Shown: positions 18,294 to 32,300 of the stretch, one piece after another
Layout of the letters: each line of letters begins with the position of its first letter
Numbering within the stretch: position 1 is the stretch's first letter
Source of the DNA: Elusimicrobiota bacterium
Lineage (GTDB): Bacteria > Elusimicrobiota > UBA8919
Direction: 5' to 3'
Length of the DNA: 64,000 nt
Assembly (NCBI GenBank): GCA_028718185.1
Contig: JAQUMH010000002.1
Coordinates: 4,088-68,087 of the forward strand
Made by a program: the position numbers and the translations under genes
The notes under the pieces: generated by a model
Told to the model about the DNA's origin: nothing
Database searches by the model: none
The model's input: only the letters and a program-made list of their open reading frames with translations

Positions 18294-19264
18294 AGTTTCA
18301 ACGCTTTTTTAATTTCTAAAATTGTTTGTGATGCAGCATTTTTTGCTTTAAGATTTCCATCTTTAAGTATTTGATTAATTAAATTAATATCTTTTCTAAT
18401 CTCTTTTTGTTTTTTATGAATTGGTTCTAATGATTTTATTATCTCAGTTGCAAGTGACTGTTTGCACTTAACGCATCCGATTTTTCCATTTTTGCACATT
18501 TCCTCAATTTCTTTAAGGTTTTTAGAATAAATTTCACAAAGTGCAAAAATTGGGCATATATCAGGATGTCCTTTATCGGTCGGGTGAATTCTTGCGGGGT
18601 CTGTTATATAGGTCATGACTTTTTTTGAGATTGTATCAGGAGTATCTGAAATATAAATACAATTATTCAGTGATTTTGACATCTTTCTACCGTCATTACC
18701 TGGTATTCTTGGTGTCTTGGTGAGAATCGCCTGCGGTTCAACCAATATATTTCCATAGAGTAAATTAAATTTTCTTGCGATTTCCCTTGTTAATTCCAGA
18801 TGAGGTAGTTGGTCTTCACCTACGGGAACTTTATCGGCTTTGTAAATTAAAATATCAGCCGCTTGAAGCACCGGATATCCCAAAAAACCATATGTACAAA
18901 GATCCCGAGTTTTTATTTCCTTGAGTTGTTCTTTATAGGTTGGACATCGTTCTAGCCATGGAAGCGGAGTAATCATTGATAGAATCAAATGTAATTCTGC
19001 GTGTTCTTGAATTTGGGATTGAACAAAAAACGTTGATTTTGACGGGTCAAGTCCGACAGCTAACCAGTCAACTACCATATCAACTGAATATTGTTTTATT
19101 TTATCTGTGTTTTCATATTCAGTTGTCAAAGCATGCCAGTCGGCAACAAAATAAAAACAATCATAATTTTTCTGAAGCTCAACCCAATTTGAAAGCGCAC
19201 CATGCAAATGACCAAGATGCAGTCTCCCAGAAGGTCTCATCCCCGACAATACTCTCTGTTTCAT
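18278..19264 (-). CDS. trpS: tryptophan--tRNA ligase
   Basis: 328 aa. HIGH-class motif GRLHLGHLHG and KMSKS present. The size is typical of bacterial TrpRS. Confidence 0.9.
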   Translation of the reverse strand: MKQRVLSGMRPSGRLHLGHLHGALSNWVELQKNYDCFYFVADWHALTTEYENTDKIKQYSVDMVVDWLAVGLDPSKSTFFVQSQIQEHAELHLILSMITPLPWLERCPTYKEQLKEIKTRDLCTYGFLGYPVLQAADILIYKADKVPVGEDQLPHLELTREIARKFNLLYGNILVEPQAILTKTPRIPGNDGRKMSKSLNNCIYISDTPDTISKKVMTYITDPARIHPTDKGHPDICPIFALCEIYSKNLKEIEEMCKNGKIGCVKCKQSLATEIIKSLEPIHKKQKEIRKDINLINQILKDGNLKAKNAASQTILEIKKALKLWNME

Positions 19265-19520
19265 ATATAATCCAGTCTGTTACAAGTTAGGCAAAGCTTC
19301 GCTTTGCAGCTACAAACCAATTGATATTGTAGCCGCAGAGCGTTAGCTCTGCTAAATCATTGAAATCCTTATACTCGAGTTAACGCCGACCAAGGTCGGC
19401 AACTACATCATCATTGTAGTGGCAGAGCTTGCTCTGCCTGCATCTTTAATATTCTTACAAATATTTTAAATTTTGTCCCGCTCCAGTTCCGCGCCTGCCT
19501 GCCTGCCGGCAGGTTCCTTA
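19265..19520. repeat. cluster of at least five distinct REP-like hairpin modules in the trpS / M50-protease spacer
   Basis: gcaaagcttcgctttgc (19291-19307); attgtagccgcagagcgttagctctgc (19326-19352); gccgaccaaggtcggcaactaca (19385-19407); cattgtagtggcagagcttgctctgcc (19411-19438); cctgcctgcctgccggcagg (19494-19513). Several modules recur elsewhere in the window. Confidence 0.7.
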
Positions 19521-20165
19521 TCAGACACCCGTAAAAAGAAGCCCTTGCAAAACTGATACTATTGACCACAAAAAATTAAGAAAACCAAACGAAAGTAAAA
19601 TAAATATTATAATAATTCCATATCTTTCAAGTTGGTTATATTTATAAGCAATATGTGAAGGTAAAAACGCCGAAAGTATTCTTGAACCGTCTAATGGCGG
19701 TATCGGAATAAGATTGAAAACAGCGAGCACTAAATTTATCTGAACATTAATGTATAAAAGTTTTATAATTAAATTATTAACCGATGAATAGGGGTCAGCA
19801 CCTGTAATCTTGAAAAGCCAGATAATCAAAGCGGATAATATTGCCATTGCAAAATTTGAGCCCGGACCCGCAAGTCCGACTTTCGCCATATCTTTTACCG
19901 GATTATTAAGACGGTAATAATCTATCGGAACCGGTTTAGCCCATCCGATTAAAATTGGCGCATGAATAAGAATCAATAGCAACGGAAGTATTATTGTTCC
20001 CATCATATCAATGTGCGGGATAGGATTAAGAGTAAGACGCCCTTGCATTTTTGCAGTATCATCACCGTTTAAGTATGCAACCCAGCCATGACAACACTCA
20101 TGAACAACAACCGCAAAAAACAAAAGCGGTATAGCAAGAATTAAATCAACATTAGAAATATTCAT
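19521..20165 (-). CDS. M50-family membrane metalloprotease (site-2 protease-like, small form)
   Basis: 214 aa polytopic protein. HExxH in a TM helix (VVVHECCHGWVAY) and the downstream NLIPIPPLDGS motif. Confidence 0.75.
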   Translation of the reverse strand: MNISNVDLILAIPLLFFAVVVHECCHGWVAYLNGDDTAKMQGRLTLNPIPHIDMMGTIILPLLLILIHAPILIGWAKPVPIDYYRLNNPVKDMAKVGLAGPGSNFAMAILSALIIWLFKITGADPYSSVNNLIIKLLYINVQINLVLAVFNLIPIPPLDGSRILSAFLPSHIAYKYNQLERYGIIIIFILLSFGFLNFLWSIVSVLQGLLFTGV

Positions 20166-20202
20166 ATTTTTATATTATATTCATCTGTTAGAAAATGTCA
20201 AT

Positions 20203-20258
20203 AAAAAAATCCTCAATGTAGCAGTCGCATTACTATGCGACTTTAGTGAGGATTTCTT
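20203..20258 (-). terminator. rho-independent terminator of the giant surface-protein gene
   Basis: On the minus strand, a nested perfect hairpin (aatcctca...agtcgcat-tact-atgcgact...tgaggatt) is followed by a TTTTTTT run, about 140 bp after the stop at 20398. Confidence 0.6.
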
Positions 20259-20397
20259 ATTAATATCACAGTTCTAATATTTTATGCTAAACGAAACCTT
20301 GCGGATTTAGTGTATGCTTTCATTTTACCACTTAAGTTAACCAAGCTAACTCCTCTAAGACCCTAAGACTTTATAATTCTGGACTTCGAACACCTTT

Positions 20398-23300
20398 TCA
20401 TTTTATCAGTCCTACCTTCCCGGTCTTCTTCCTGCCTGTAGCGTCTCTTATCTGATAAATATATACTCCTCTGGCTACTTTGTCTCCATCGTCATTCTTG
20501 CCATCCCACTCAAGCCAGCCAAGATTACCAAAGTCTGCCTCTTTGAGTTCCCTTGCCAATTCACCGGATACAGTGTATATCTTCATTTCACTGTTTATAG
20601 GCAGGTTTATTACCTTTAACTTACCACCTACCGCCATGTTAGGTTTATATGGGTTAGGATATACTTTCACATTACTCAGGTCTGTCGCAAGATAACTGCC
20701 CAATATACGATATGTTGTGAATCGTTTCACATTCGCTGTTATTGTCTTGTTTAGCTTGTCTACTATATGTACTCCAGGCACCAATTCCCACTCCCTACCG
20801 TTCCATGAATATATCCTTAATCCTTCTTCCTTTAATTCACCTATATCCACTAACGTGTATGGGATTGTTATGCTTATCGGCTTTGTAAATATATCTTCTT
20901 CCAATACCGATGTCTTATTTGTAAATGACAATCTTCCAAAATCATAACTTATGGGTTTCACGGTATCTACATATCTCGCTGCGTTTCTTACTACCGCCGG
21001 CGTCTTTGTCTTTATCACTGCCAAATTCCTGGTTTCTGTCAATACGTTTTCGCTCACTATTATCTTTAGTTTGTTTACTCCTTTTATCATTCCGCCATTG
21101 TTTCCTATTGGTTTTGCAAGATACATATCGTTGATATTTGTCAGGGTAGGCAACATGCTGTCTCCGGTAACTGATACTGTCTCTATTTCACTATTGAATG
21201 GTATTGATATCTCCCTTTCTCCTGTATCTTCTTTTGTCAGTATTGCGTCTGCAACGTTCAATATACCGGTTTTTGAGTTCTTTGTTGATAGTGTTAGTGT
21301 CCCGCTGTAATCCGTTGTGGGGTTATTGTCATTTGTATTGTATACTTGTGCTTTGAATTTCAAGCTTGATACTGTTATAGCTGGGTCTAATGACGCTGTA
21401 TCTAATGTCGGTCCGTCTTCGTAGTAATATGACTTTAAGGTGTTACTGTACTTTATAATAGGTTTTGGTGGTGTAGCGAGTCCTGTTACTGTCTCAAGAC
21501 GAACATCATCTATGTAATATGTATCGCCTGCAGTCGCATATGGCGTAAACCAGAACCGGAAACGTCCATCGGTTACCGGAGCTGTAAAGCCTGTGGTGAT
21601 AAATTCGGTAGTAAATGTCTGCCAGCTTGTGCCAAGGTTCGCTGTGTAATTCAAACCGTAGTCTGTGTATGGGGTCCCATGCTTTAACAAGTGTACTGTT
21701 ACGGCATGTCTGGTTGGCGAATAGGCTGTAAATATCAATCTATATCTGGTATTAGGGTTAAGGCAAATTCCTGTCTGGTATAATTGGATGTTACCATTGG
21801 CAGCGGTTATTGTACATTTGGCGGATTTGGCTCCTTCAAAACCTGGTGTTGTGCTAATAAATGTGCCTCCGCCACCTGCATAATATGCCCAGGAATCTGT
21901 ACCTGATTCAAAGCCGGCATTTATAACATGATTTGTGCCGGAAGAAGTGCTTAGTGTGCTGAACGTATAATTTTCGCTTGTTGCTATATTGCCGGAACCA
22001 TCTTTACTTGTTACATGGTAATAATATGTAGTACCTAACGTTAAGCCGGTTATGTTAACGCTATGGCTTGTTACTTTTGTTGTATCTGATGTCGTTGAAA
22101 TACCATATAGTGTTGTTGTACTGTACTCTACCTGTGAATCGCTTGGTTCATTGGTGAGCCAATTTATTACTGCGGAATTCCAGGTTATATTGCTGGATGT
22201 AACGCTCGTTATTATGGGCGGGGTTGTATCAGGTGGGACTGTTTCAAGGTGTATATCGTCTACGTAATACACATCACCTGCTGCTGCATATGGGGCATAC
22301 CACAACATTAAACGGGCATCAGTAACAACAGACGAAAATCCGGTTGTTACAAATTCGGTGGAATATGTCTGCCAGCTTGTGGTCAGGTTCGCCAAATAAT
22401 TATCCAAACCATAATTGGTATATGGGGTGCCGTGTTTGAACACGCGCACTGTCATATCATGTCCTGTATTGGAATAGGCTGTAAATGTTAATTTATATCT
22501 GGTATTCGGATTAAGGCAAATTCCTGTCTGGTATAACTGGATGTTACCGGTGGATTTGGTTATTGTACATCTGGCGGACTTGCTACCTTCAAAACCGGGT
22601 GATGTGGTAACAAACGAGCCTGCTTCTTCGGTATAAAAAGCCCAGGATGTTGTGCCTGATTCAAAACTATGATTACTTATGAAATTTATGTCGCTTGTAA
22701 ACGTATTGTCTTCGCTTGTTGAAAAATTACCTGATTCATCTCTGCTGCTTACCCTGTAATGATATACTGTACCAGGCATTAATCCTGTTATATTAGCACT
22801 GTGATTTGTTAACTTAACTGTACTTAACACTGTTGAGTTTCCATATGATGTTGTTAGTCCGTACTCCACCTGCGAATCGCTTGGTTCATTGGTTATCCAA
22901 TTTACTAATGCGGAATTCCAGGTTATATCGCAGGATGTAACGCTCACTATTATTGGCGGGGTTGTATCAGGTGGAACTGTCTCAAGATGTACATCGTCTA
23001 CGTAATACACATCTCCTGCTACTGCATATGGCGCATACCAGAACATTAAACGGGCATCAGTAACTACAGACGAAAATCCGGTTGTTACAAATTCGGTGGA
23101 AAATGTTTGCCAGGTTGTGGTCAGGTTCGCCAAATAATTACTTAATCCGTAGTTGGTATATGGGGTGCCGTGCTTGAACACGTGCAATGTCATATCACGG
23201 CCTGTATTGGAATATGCTGTAAATGTTAATCTATATCTGGTATTCGGATTAAGAACGATATCTTTTTGGTATAACTGGAGGTTACCGGTGGATTTGATTA

Positions 23301-26300
23301 TTGTACATCTGGCAGACTTGCTACCATCAAAACCAGGTGATGTGGTAACAAACGAGCCTGCTTCTTCCGTATAAAATGTCCAGGATGATGTGCCTAATTC
23401 AAAACTATGATTACTTATGAAATTTATGTCGCTTGTAAACGAATTATCTTCACTTGTTGCAAGATTACCTGCTGTATCTTTACTCTTTACCCTATAATGA
23501 TATACCGTACCTGATGTTAATCCGGTTATATTAACGCTATGATTTGTTACCTTAACTGTATCTAACACTGATGAGTTACCATATGATGTCGTTAGTCCGT
23601 ACTCCACCTGTGAATCACTTGGTTCATTGGTTAACCAATTTATTACTGCGGAATTCCAAGTTATATCGCTGGATGCAACATTCGTCATTATCGGCGGGGT
23701 TGTATCACTCATCACTTCAAACTCTGTTGTTGCAGATGAAGCATTACCTGCTAAATCAATAATATTTACTTTGCAAGTGTATGTACCGGAAGAAACATTT
23801 TGCCCAATTGTATTTTTGCCATCCCACTCACAACTATAATTTCCAGCAGGTACAGCCAAATTACTTATAAGGGCTCTTGTTAGTACATCATTATTGTAAA
23901 TTTCAACATTTATTACCGATTCTTTAGATAGAACAAATGAAATTTCTGATTTAATCCTTGCACCATCTGGTGATATTACTGCAGCAGATACCGATAAATT
24001 AGTTATCTGTGGTAAAGTGGTATCTCTTGTTATTGATGTTATTTTTGATTTAGGGCTATCAAACGGAATATTATTAAACCACCTCGTCGTTTTTGCAAAT
24101 ATTGGATTTGCTCCTTCTGAAAGCGAAATTTCTGCTGAAAATCTGCCATTACTATCTGCTTTTACTGTCTTCAAACTAGCACCGTCATTATATACTGTTA
24201 CATCTGCAACAGCTTCTACTACGCCTGTAATTGTTATATATTGCTGGTTTGTTATTGTTGATATATTTGCGTCAAATTCAGGTATTGGCACTTGTGGGAT
24301 TATTAAATACTGCGAAAATCCTACTACTTCACAACTTACTTCAAAAATATCGTTCTTCCCTGATGCATCTTTTTTCCACCCTAAACTTGTTAGTGTTGTT
24401 GGTTTTACTTTGCCATTACTGTCGACATGATATGCAGTGAGTTTTCCTATATCTACATTTGTAACTTCTTCAGGTAAAAATCGCACTGTTAAAACAGCAG
24501 GAGCAACTAATTTACCATTTCCATCTTTATTAAATTGTATATCTTTTGGTTCCATATCAAATAACGCACCAAGAGGCAGAGGCATACCTGTATCAACAAT
24601 AATATCTGTATCTGACAATTTTACTGGTGTTATGCTTACAGTGGTTGGTTGTAATAATGAATCAGTGTAAAATTCTAAATATGCTTTGTTCCATGGTGCT
24701 GATACATATTTATGTTCGCCAGGAAATACTTGTTTACCAACATATACTGTTTGCTCTATTTCTTTTACACCATTACCGGCAAATACATATAACTTTATTT
24801 TGTACTCTCCATTAAGTCCTGATACATCCCAAAATGATAGTGTATTATTTGAAACAGGTTGAGTGGATATTACCGGTATGGTTTTCAATATTGTATCGCC
24901 TGTCTTTTGATAGAACATTGAATATCCCTTAAAATCACTCCCAAACGCACTACCTTTTATCTCAACAAATCTTTTTGGTGCCGCTTCATCTGTTGATATT
25001 TTTACGGTAAAGTCGTCATTAATATCATTACTATCTGTGTTTGATGCTTTGGTAAGTTTCTTATCCACTACCAAATCATTACACATAGTGCCGTCTGGAT
25101 ATTGCAATTTTATGTCCCATTGTTTTTGAGTATCATAATTATCTGCATCAATCCACACATAAGGATTGTCTATAGTAGTTCCATTTTGTTTCCAAAAAGT
25201 ATATTTGTTTTTAATTTCATCGGGGTTATTCATATTTACCAAAGGATATGCTGCAGAAATCGTTATTGGTCTATATCGGTCAGCAACTGTTGGTTCAAAA
25301 GGTCCTTCTATTACAAAATCTGCTTGAAGATTATTACCACTATTATTAAATTCATTATTTTTACTAATGATCTTATGTTCTGGCAATCCTTGGTCATCTG
25401 TTGTCATATCCCATGATTCTTTCTCGTTGGTTGTCGCTTTTAATTCTAAAAGACCTCTTTCTTCTACTATTGTTTTAAGGACTTTAGGATTTGTTTGAGT
25501 CACAAATGTATAAGGAGATGATGACGGAATATAGTCATACGGTATTCTTATTTCTTCAATTGAATTGTAAGTATCGTGCCCATTATAACAAGTATTATTT
25601 ACAGTTACTGAAGGTTCGTAATTTGCATTTATTTTTACTTCACGTAAAACAGGAGTTTTACTTCCATCATTTGTAGATAAAGTTGCTTTCCATCTGATGT
25701 ATTTTCTTGGTGTTGAGTAAATTGGCTGACCAGGGGTTGCTGTTCTTTCAGATTCCCAACTATATCCATCATCACTCGTTTGAGTCGTATAAGTGATATT
25801 CGTTCCTGAAGGTTTGTATTCAGATACCTCAAAATTTCTCCAAGACGATGGTGCTGTTTTACAATCGTGTGCTTGAGAAATAAGTGTTCCAACTAAACCA
25901 AAATTCTGAGTGACATTGTATATTACTGGAGTTGTTTGTAAATCACGAGTAGCAAAATCTGCCCTCCATTTAAAATACCGTTTCTGACCAAGTGATGGCA
26001 CTACTCCATTTTCCACTATTGGGGCGGCTTCCCAGTTAATATTTTCTCCAGAACTATTGTAGCTTGCAATCCTATATGTTATGTGAGCCCCTCCTAAATA
26101 ACCTACATTATTTTCATCACTCGTTTGAAATAAGTTCCAAATTGGTGAATAAGAATATGTATCATGTTCTTGTGAAATAAACACACCTGTATTTTCATAT
26201 CGTTTTTGGTATCCCTCTATACTATTAAGAAATAAATATGCACCATGATTTGAATTGTGGGGCTGCACAAGGATCTTAAAATATGGTGCATAAAATGGTG

Positions 26301-29300
26301 TGGGAACTTCTTCATCAAATGAAATATTTATACTAGAACCATGAGAAACTACCTGACTCCAATACTTGTAAGTTGTCCATGGGCCATTTGAACTATTGCC
26401 GTATTGCAAGTAGATATTAGCACCACAATTATTTCCATCTTTATGCCATACAGCAACACTTCCTACTACCCGTAATCTATAAAATTTATAATGCCATGGA
26501 TATATAGGTGGTACACCTTGAGGAGGTCCTGAACGACCACAAACAAACGCCCAAGTGTTTCCATACCCAGCCCATGCAGGCCAGACAAGAGTACTATCAT
26601 TTCTATCATTTGCATTTGTCCAAGATGAACTAGGAGCAAGCGGATAATTACCCGAAATATCATCGTATTGTTCATGTATTGCATCCACAACATATTGACT
26701 AAACTGAACTTTATTATCAGCAATTATAAGAGTAGGTGTTTTTTGCCCATTATAAAAAGTAGAAATATCATCATATTTTTTGGTACATATCTTAACATTA
26801 CCCGACTCTGAATTTAGGTCAATATTACTTATGCCTCCTTGTCCAAAATCTTGTTGTGATGTTTGTATCCACGACTGTGCAGCATGTGTTTGCACAGTAG
26901 CAGAAAATGATTGCGGTGAATAATATTCCCCCTTTTTTACAGTTGCGGACCAGTTGAAATTAGAAGACCCTTGATTAACTGAATATGGTGCTGGTGAAGT
27001 AATTTCTGCTAACCCACTTCCTGGTCCTCCAATAACTGCAATTGAAACTGACGCGGAACCTTTTGTCTGGTCATCTACTGCAATAACATCTATCTTGCAA
27101 GTATATAACCCTTCTACAATACTACTCCAGACTGTTGTATACTCTGTCAACCCAGATGTAAATTCATTATCAACCATCTTTACAAGATTACCTACTGTAT
27201 CATAAATAGTAATATATACTGTAGCTGCTTTTGTCAGTTCATATGTAATTTGGACTGGTTCATTTAACAAGACATCTGATTTGTCTGATTCAAATTTTGT
27301 AATCTTTAGTGGTTCTGTTATGGTTACATTTACATTTACACTAACAGATTTCTTATCCATCCCGAGACCGTCTATATCTACTGCTGTTAATTGTATCCTG
27401 TAAATCCCATTTTGCACATACTGTTTTCTAAAATCCTTACCATCCCACTGTATTGTTTCACCAGCAGTTTTATTAAAATATTCTGAATGTAAAATTACCG
27501 GACCAAATGTGTTGACATCAACCATCTTAAAAATATCCAGTACCACATTTGACTTTTTGCCGGTATTCTGCATTAAAGTATATGAGATATTCAATTTATC
27601 ATTTATTGTGGTTATATTAAACACCTGGTCAGAAATAGGTGCTGTGATATTAAGTATCGGCTTGTCAGTTTCTGGAATTGTATTGTCCACTTTTACCGAT
27701 ACTGTTATTGCACTGTAGTTTGATGGCATAGCACTATCCTGTGCAACCAATAAAATTGTATAGGTACCATTTGGTAAAGATGATACATCCCAATACGCTA
27801 ATGTTGAATTTAGTATTGCTCTGTATGATGCATTAGAATTTGGATAATTTACATCATTTGGACTTTGATTTGACACAGGTACTGGTATCGATTTCCATAC
27901 ATTCATATCTGGACTTATGTAATTGTCTGGTGTCGCATTACTATAAGTAGCATACCATACTTTGTAACACAAAAAGTCAATATTATCATTTACTACTGGA
28001 TCTATTGCTATACCAACTATTTCTACTTGATTACCAACTATGCCATTAAATACTGGTGACACTATTTGGGCAGGTATCTGATTTTTTATTACATTTACCG
28101 TCTCTTCTGCTTTATTTCCTACTTCATCTGTTGTCTTTATTTTTATAACATAACTTCCATCACTTGCAAAACTGTTATCTTGTTTCTTTCCATCCCATGT
28201 ATAGGAATATAACACATCTTTTTGTTTTACCTCGGATATTGGACTTCGGACTATCTGTCCTAATATATCTTCAACAGCTACCTCTACTGTTGCATTATCA
28301 CTTATCTTATAATATGCTGTTACAGTATCATTTTTAAGTTCTGGATTAAATATTTGTATATTTGTGTAAAGTGTGGTTACAAATGACGGTGTTCTATCTA
28401 TCTTAAATGTTTGCAATATTGGAATCGTATTGCCTATATTTCCAGATTCATCTGTTGCTTTTAATCCTAATGTATACTCTCCATCAGACGCAGTATTCCC
28501 CAACGCATCTGTCCCATCCCAAGCATATAGAAGATTTTGTGTTATATTCGGTGTAACTACAAAATCTGTTACTTTTGTAAACAATCTTGTTCCTGATGTA
28601 AAAGTAAAACTCACCTTTGCTGATGGTGAAAATCTATCAAATATATCAAATGATATATCTACACTTTTATCATTTTTAGTAAAAATATTATGGGAATAAG
28701 CACCAGGATTTATATATATACTGCCATTTGATACCTGTGGTGGTGTTATGTCTACAATTATATCGCCTTCATATACCTTTAAGTTCTCTGCCTCATCAAC
28801 TGCTGTTATTTTACATTTGTAAATCCCTTCTGCTACTACTACCCCATTGGTATTTTTACCATCCCATATATCTAAATTTGCCCCTATATTCTTTGAAATA
28901 CTATCAATAAGTGTTCTTACTAAATTATTCTGTAAGTCATATATTTTTATTGTTGTTTTAATCACTGTTGAGAAATTATCCGATAAAGTATAATCTATCG
29001 TTGTTGCCTCTTTTATTCCATCACCATTAGGTGAGAATGCAAGACAGGAATAACTCGTTATATCTGGTGGAGTTATATCGTATCTCAACGTAACTGTTGC
29101 ATTTTTAGTGTAGTCAGTATTTCCAGCATTATCTTTAAGCCAGATATATAATATATTATTCCCTTCAACAACAGAGAAATTGGAAGTAAATGTTTGAGTA
29201 TTAGGAATATAATTTGCAGGTTCCGTATTTAACTTATAATATGCTCCTGCTATTCCTGATAAATCAGAAGGAGTTGACCATGATATGGTAAATTGTGTCT

Positions 29301-32300
29301 GGTTTGTCCAACCGGATGGTGAAACAGATAAAGATTGTGGTTTATCTGGCGGGGTCGTATCTACTATTATTCCATCACTGCTAACCGGGGTCTCGGAACC
29401 AGCTCCATTTTTCGCTTTCACTGTAAAATAATAAATACCGTCATCTAAAGGTGAATCAAATGTCCTAGTTATATTACTAAGTGTTCCTGTTGATGTTAAA
29501 GCGATAATATTATACCATCCAGTATTCGGATATTGTGATGTTCCTATTGCATATTGATATTCCACAATTCCAGAGATATCCTCGGTAAAACTCCAATTAC
29601 AAGAAAGTTGTGTGTTATTGTTTGTATATAACCCATCATTAATTGATACACACATTGGCGAAGTTGTATCAATCATTACACTGCCTCCTGTTAGCCATGC
29701 ACTCCATCTACCTGCCCCATTTTGAGCACGAACTTTTGCAAAATATGATTGACCATGAATAAGACCATCTACAGTATAATTTGTTTGACTATTTGGAACA
29801 TCTGCTTGTGCTATTAGGCTATCTGTGATGCTATTATAAATTGCAATATTAAAATTAGATATACCACTTTCCATATCGGTAGCAAAATCGCCTTCCCATG
29901 TAAATGTTACTGTTGTAGAAGAGGAATAGGCACCTCCTGCAAATCTTGGTGCCTTTGCAGGACCACTAGGCATTTCTGGGTCTGTTGTATCAAGATAAAT
30001 TTCATCCTTTATTTCTACTATAGAAATATTTCCTGCTTTATCTTTATATCTCGCCCATACCGTTTTATTACCTGCTCCTGCTGTCAACCACCAAGGAGAA
30101 TAAATATGTGTATACTCAATCCAATCTCCAATAAAAATTATTCCATCATAAGAAAACTGCATCCAACCAACTTCACTATTATCTGAAACTGTGGAATACA
30201 AACTAACTTGCTGACTACCTGTAAAATTTTCTAACGGTGCAAATGTATCTCTAATAAGTAAACTTCCAATCGGTGGGGTAACATCAATCATAAACTCTTT
30301 ACCAATAGTTGGTGTAACATTTGTAGCAATATTCTCTCCAATATCTTTTCCACTTATGGTAACGGAAACCATTCCTTCAACACCAGGACCAGAAACAATA
30401 TTTACTTCACCTTTATACACATTCCCTGATACAAGTATGGTTGCTACTTCTGTTTTATCATTCACAGTACCAGGAGCATCTATACTGAATGTTGGGTTGG
30501 CAGATAATTGTTCACTTGCAGTTATTTTTAGATAAATTGTTTGTGCTTTAGTTATTGGCTTTCCTGTATAAGTTGCTAATGGTTGTGTAAGATTTGAATC
30601 TGCAAAATATTCTACTGTGAAATTTGGTGGTATCATTGCTATTAAAGAGTAATCTAAATTATTAGCAAAAGCGTCTGTATTGCTTGGTATAACAATAACT
30701 TTGGAACAAGTTGTATCAAAATTGGAAATGGATACGGTATTACCAGTTTTATTTAAATCATTTTGTTCTTCTATAGTGCCATCCATTTTAACTTTCAACA
30801 CTTTGCCACCCCATAATGGTGTAACTACTGATGAATCAAAATTAAGGAGAAGCGTTTGTGGAGTTGGTTTATCAGGTGCTGGACGAAATTCAAAATAGTG
30901 ACTTGCAAGATGCATAACAGTATTAACTCCTGATGGGTATTGGTATTTAGCAGAAGTATCTAAAACTGTTATCTTCGGATAAGAATTACCTTCAATATAA
31001 TATTTAGAAGCATCATAATTCCAAACAGTAAATGTCTTAAATTCATTAGATAAACTTGTTCCATGACCTGATATTAATTCGCTATCAATTGCCGACAAAG
31101 AATCGGTAGTTTTACATATATCCCAAATCTGGCGAATTATATCTTTCTCATTAAATCTCTCGGAAAAATATTTTGCAAAAATACAGGAACCGTATTCATT
31201 CCAATCATTTATATAATCCAATGATTGAGTAGAATTTGCAAACCAAGATGGCTTTCCAGCAAATCCTTTAAGATATTGTAAATAGTCATTTACATTAGGA
31301 TAAATTTCATCTTCCATCCAGACAGATGTAGCTTCATTCCACCAATAATTATCATCTCTTGGATTATAACTACATTTAACAGCATGAAAAAACTCATGGG
31401 CGGAGGTAATCTGCATAGCATCTGTACCATGTGTATAAAATTTATCACCAATATAATCATTGTCTACCTGAATTATAGAACCTAAAATTGGATGTTTATA
31501 TGCAGTGCTTCCATATGCGCCATTTCCTAAATTTAAAATATAAACAGGTAATTTATTTTCAATTACAAAATATTCTGATGGTGGAGATTCATAACCATAT
31601 GAACCAGGTTTCACTATTTGGTTCCAACTATATTCAAAATACTGTCCAAAATTATATACATAATCGGGAATACCATTGTGTGATTGCCAACCTGCTGAAT
31701 TGACCTGATTAACATCAGGATTTGAAATTGTATATGCTCTAAAATGAAACTTAAAATTAGTGGTTTTATAAACGCCGTAAGTGTAATATACATCTTTTAT
31801 ATTGCTAACATTACCAGCAACATCCCACACTTGTATCATTATATGATTTATTCCTTGGCGAAGATTAATATTATCAAACGATTTAGTATCATTTGTGCCA
31901 TTTACGTATTGTTCTTTTGCTGGTCCTATTTCTGGTATTACCACTATTTTTTCCAATTGAATCGTATCTGACACAGTAACATTTATTGTTATTGTTTCAT
32001 TTTCTCCTTGATTTTGGTCAGGAGGATTAAATGAGACCACGGTAGGTTTAGTTTCATCAAGTATAATGGAAGTGGAAACAAAGGATGATATATTACCTGC
32101 ATAATCTTTAACTCTAAAATATATTGTTTTTGCACCTTCGCCAGTAGAATTAATATAATAAGATTTTGATATAGAATAATCTTCCCAAGTTGATGGCCAA
32201 TTATTAGAATCCTCAGTAAATTGCATTTTCGCCACACCGGAAGTTGCATCACTTGCTAATAACGCTAATGTAATAATTCTATTATTAGTAAATCCCGTAC

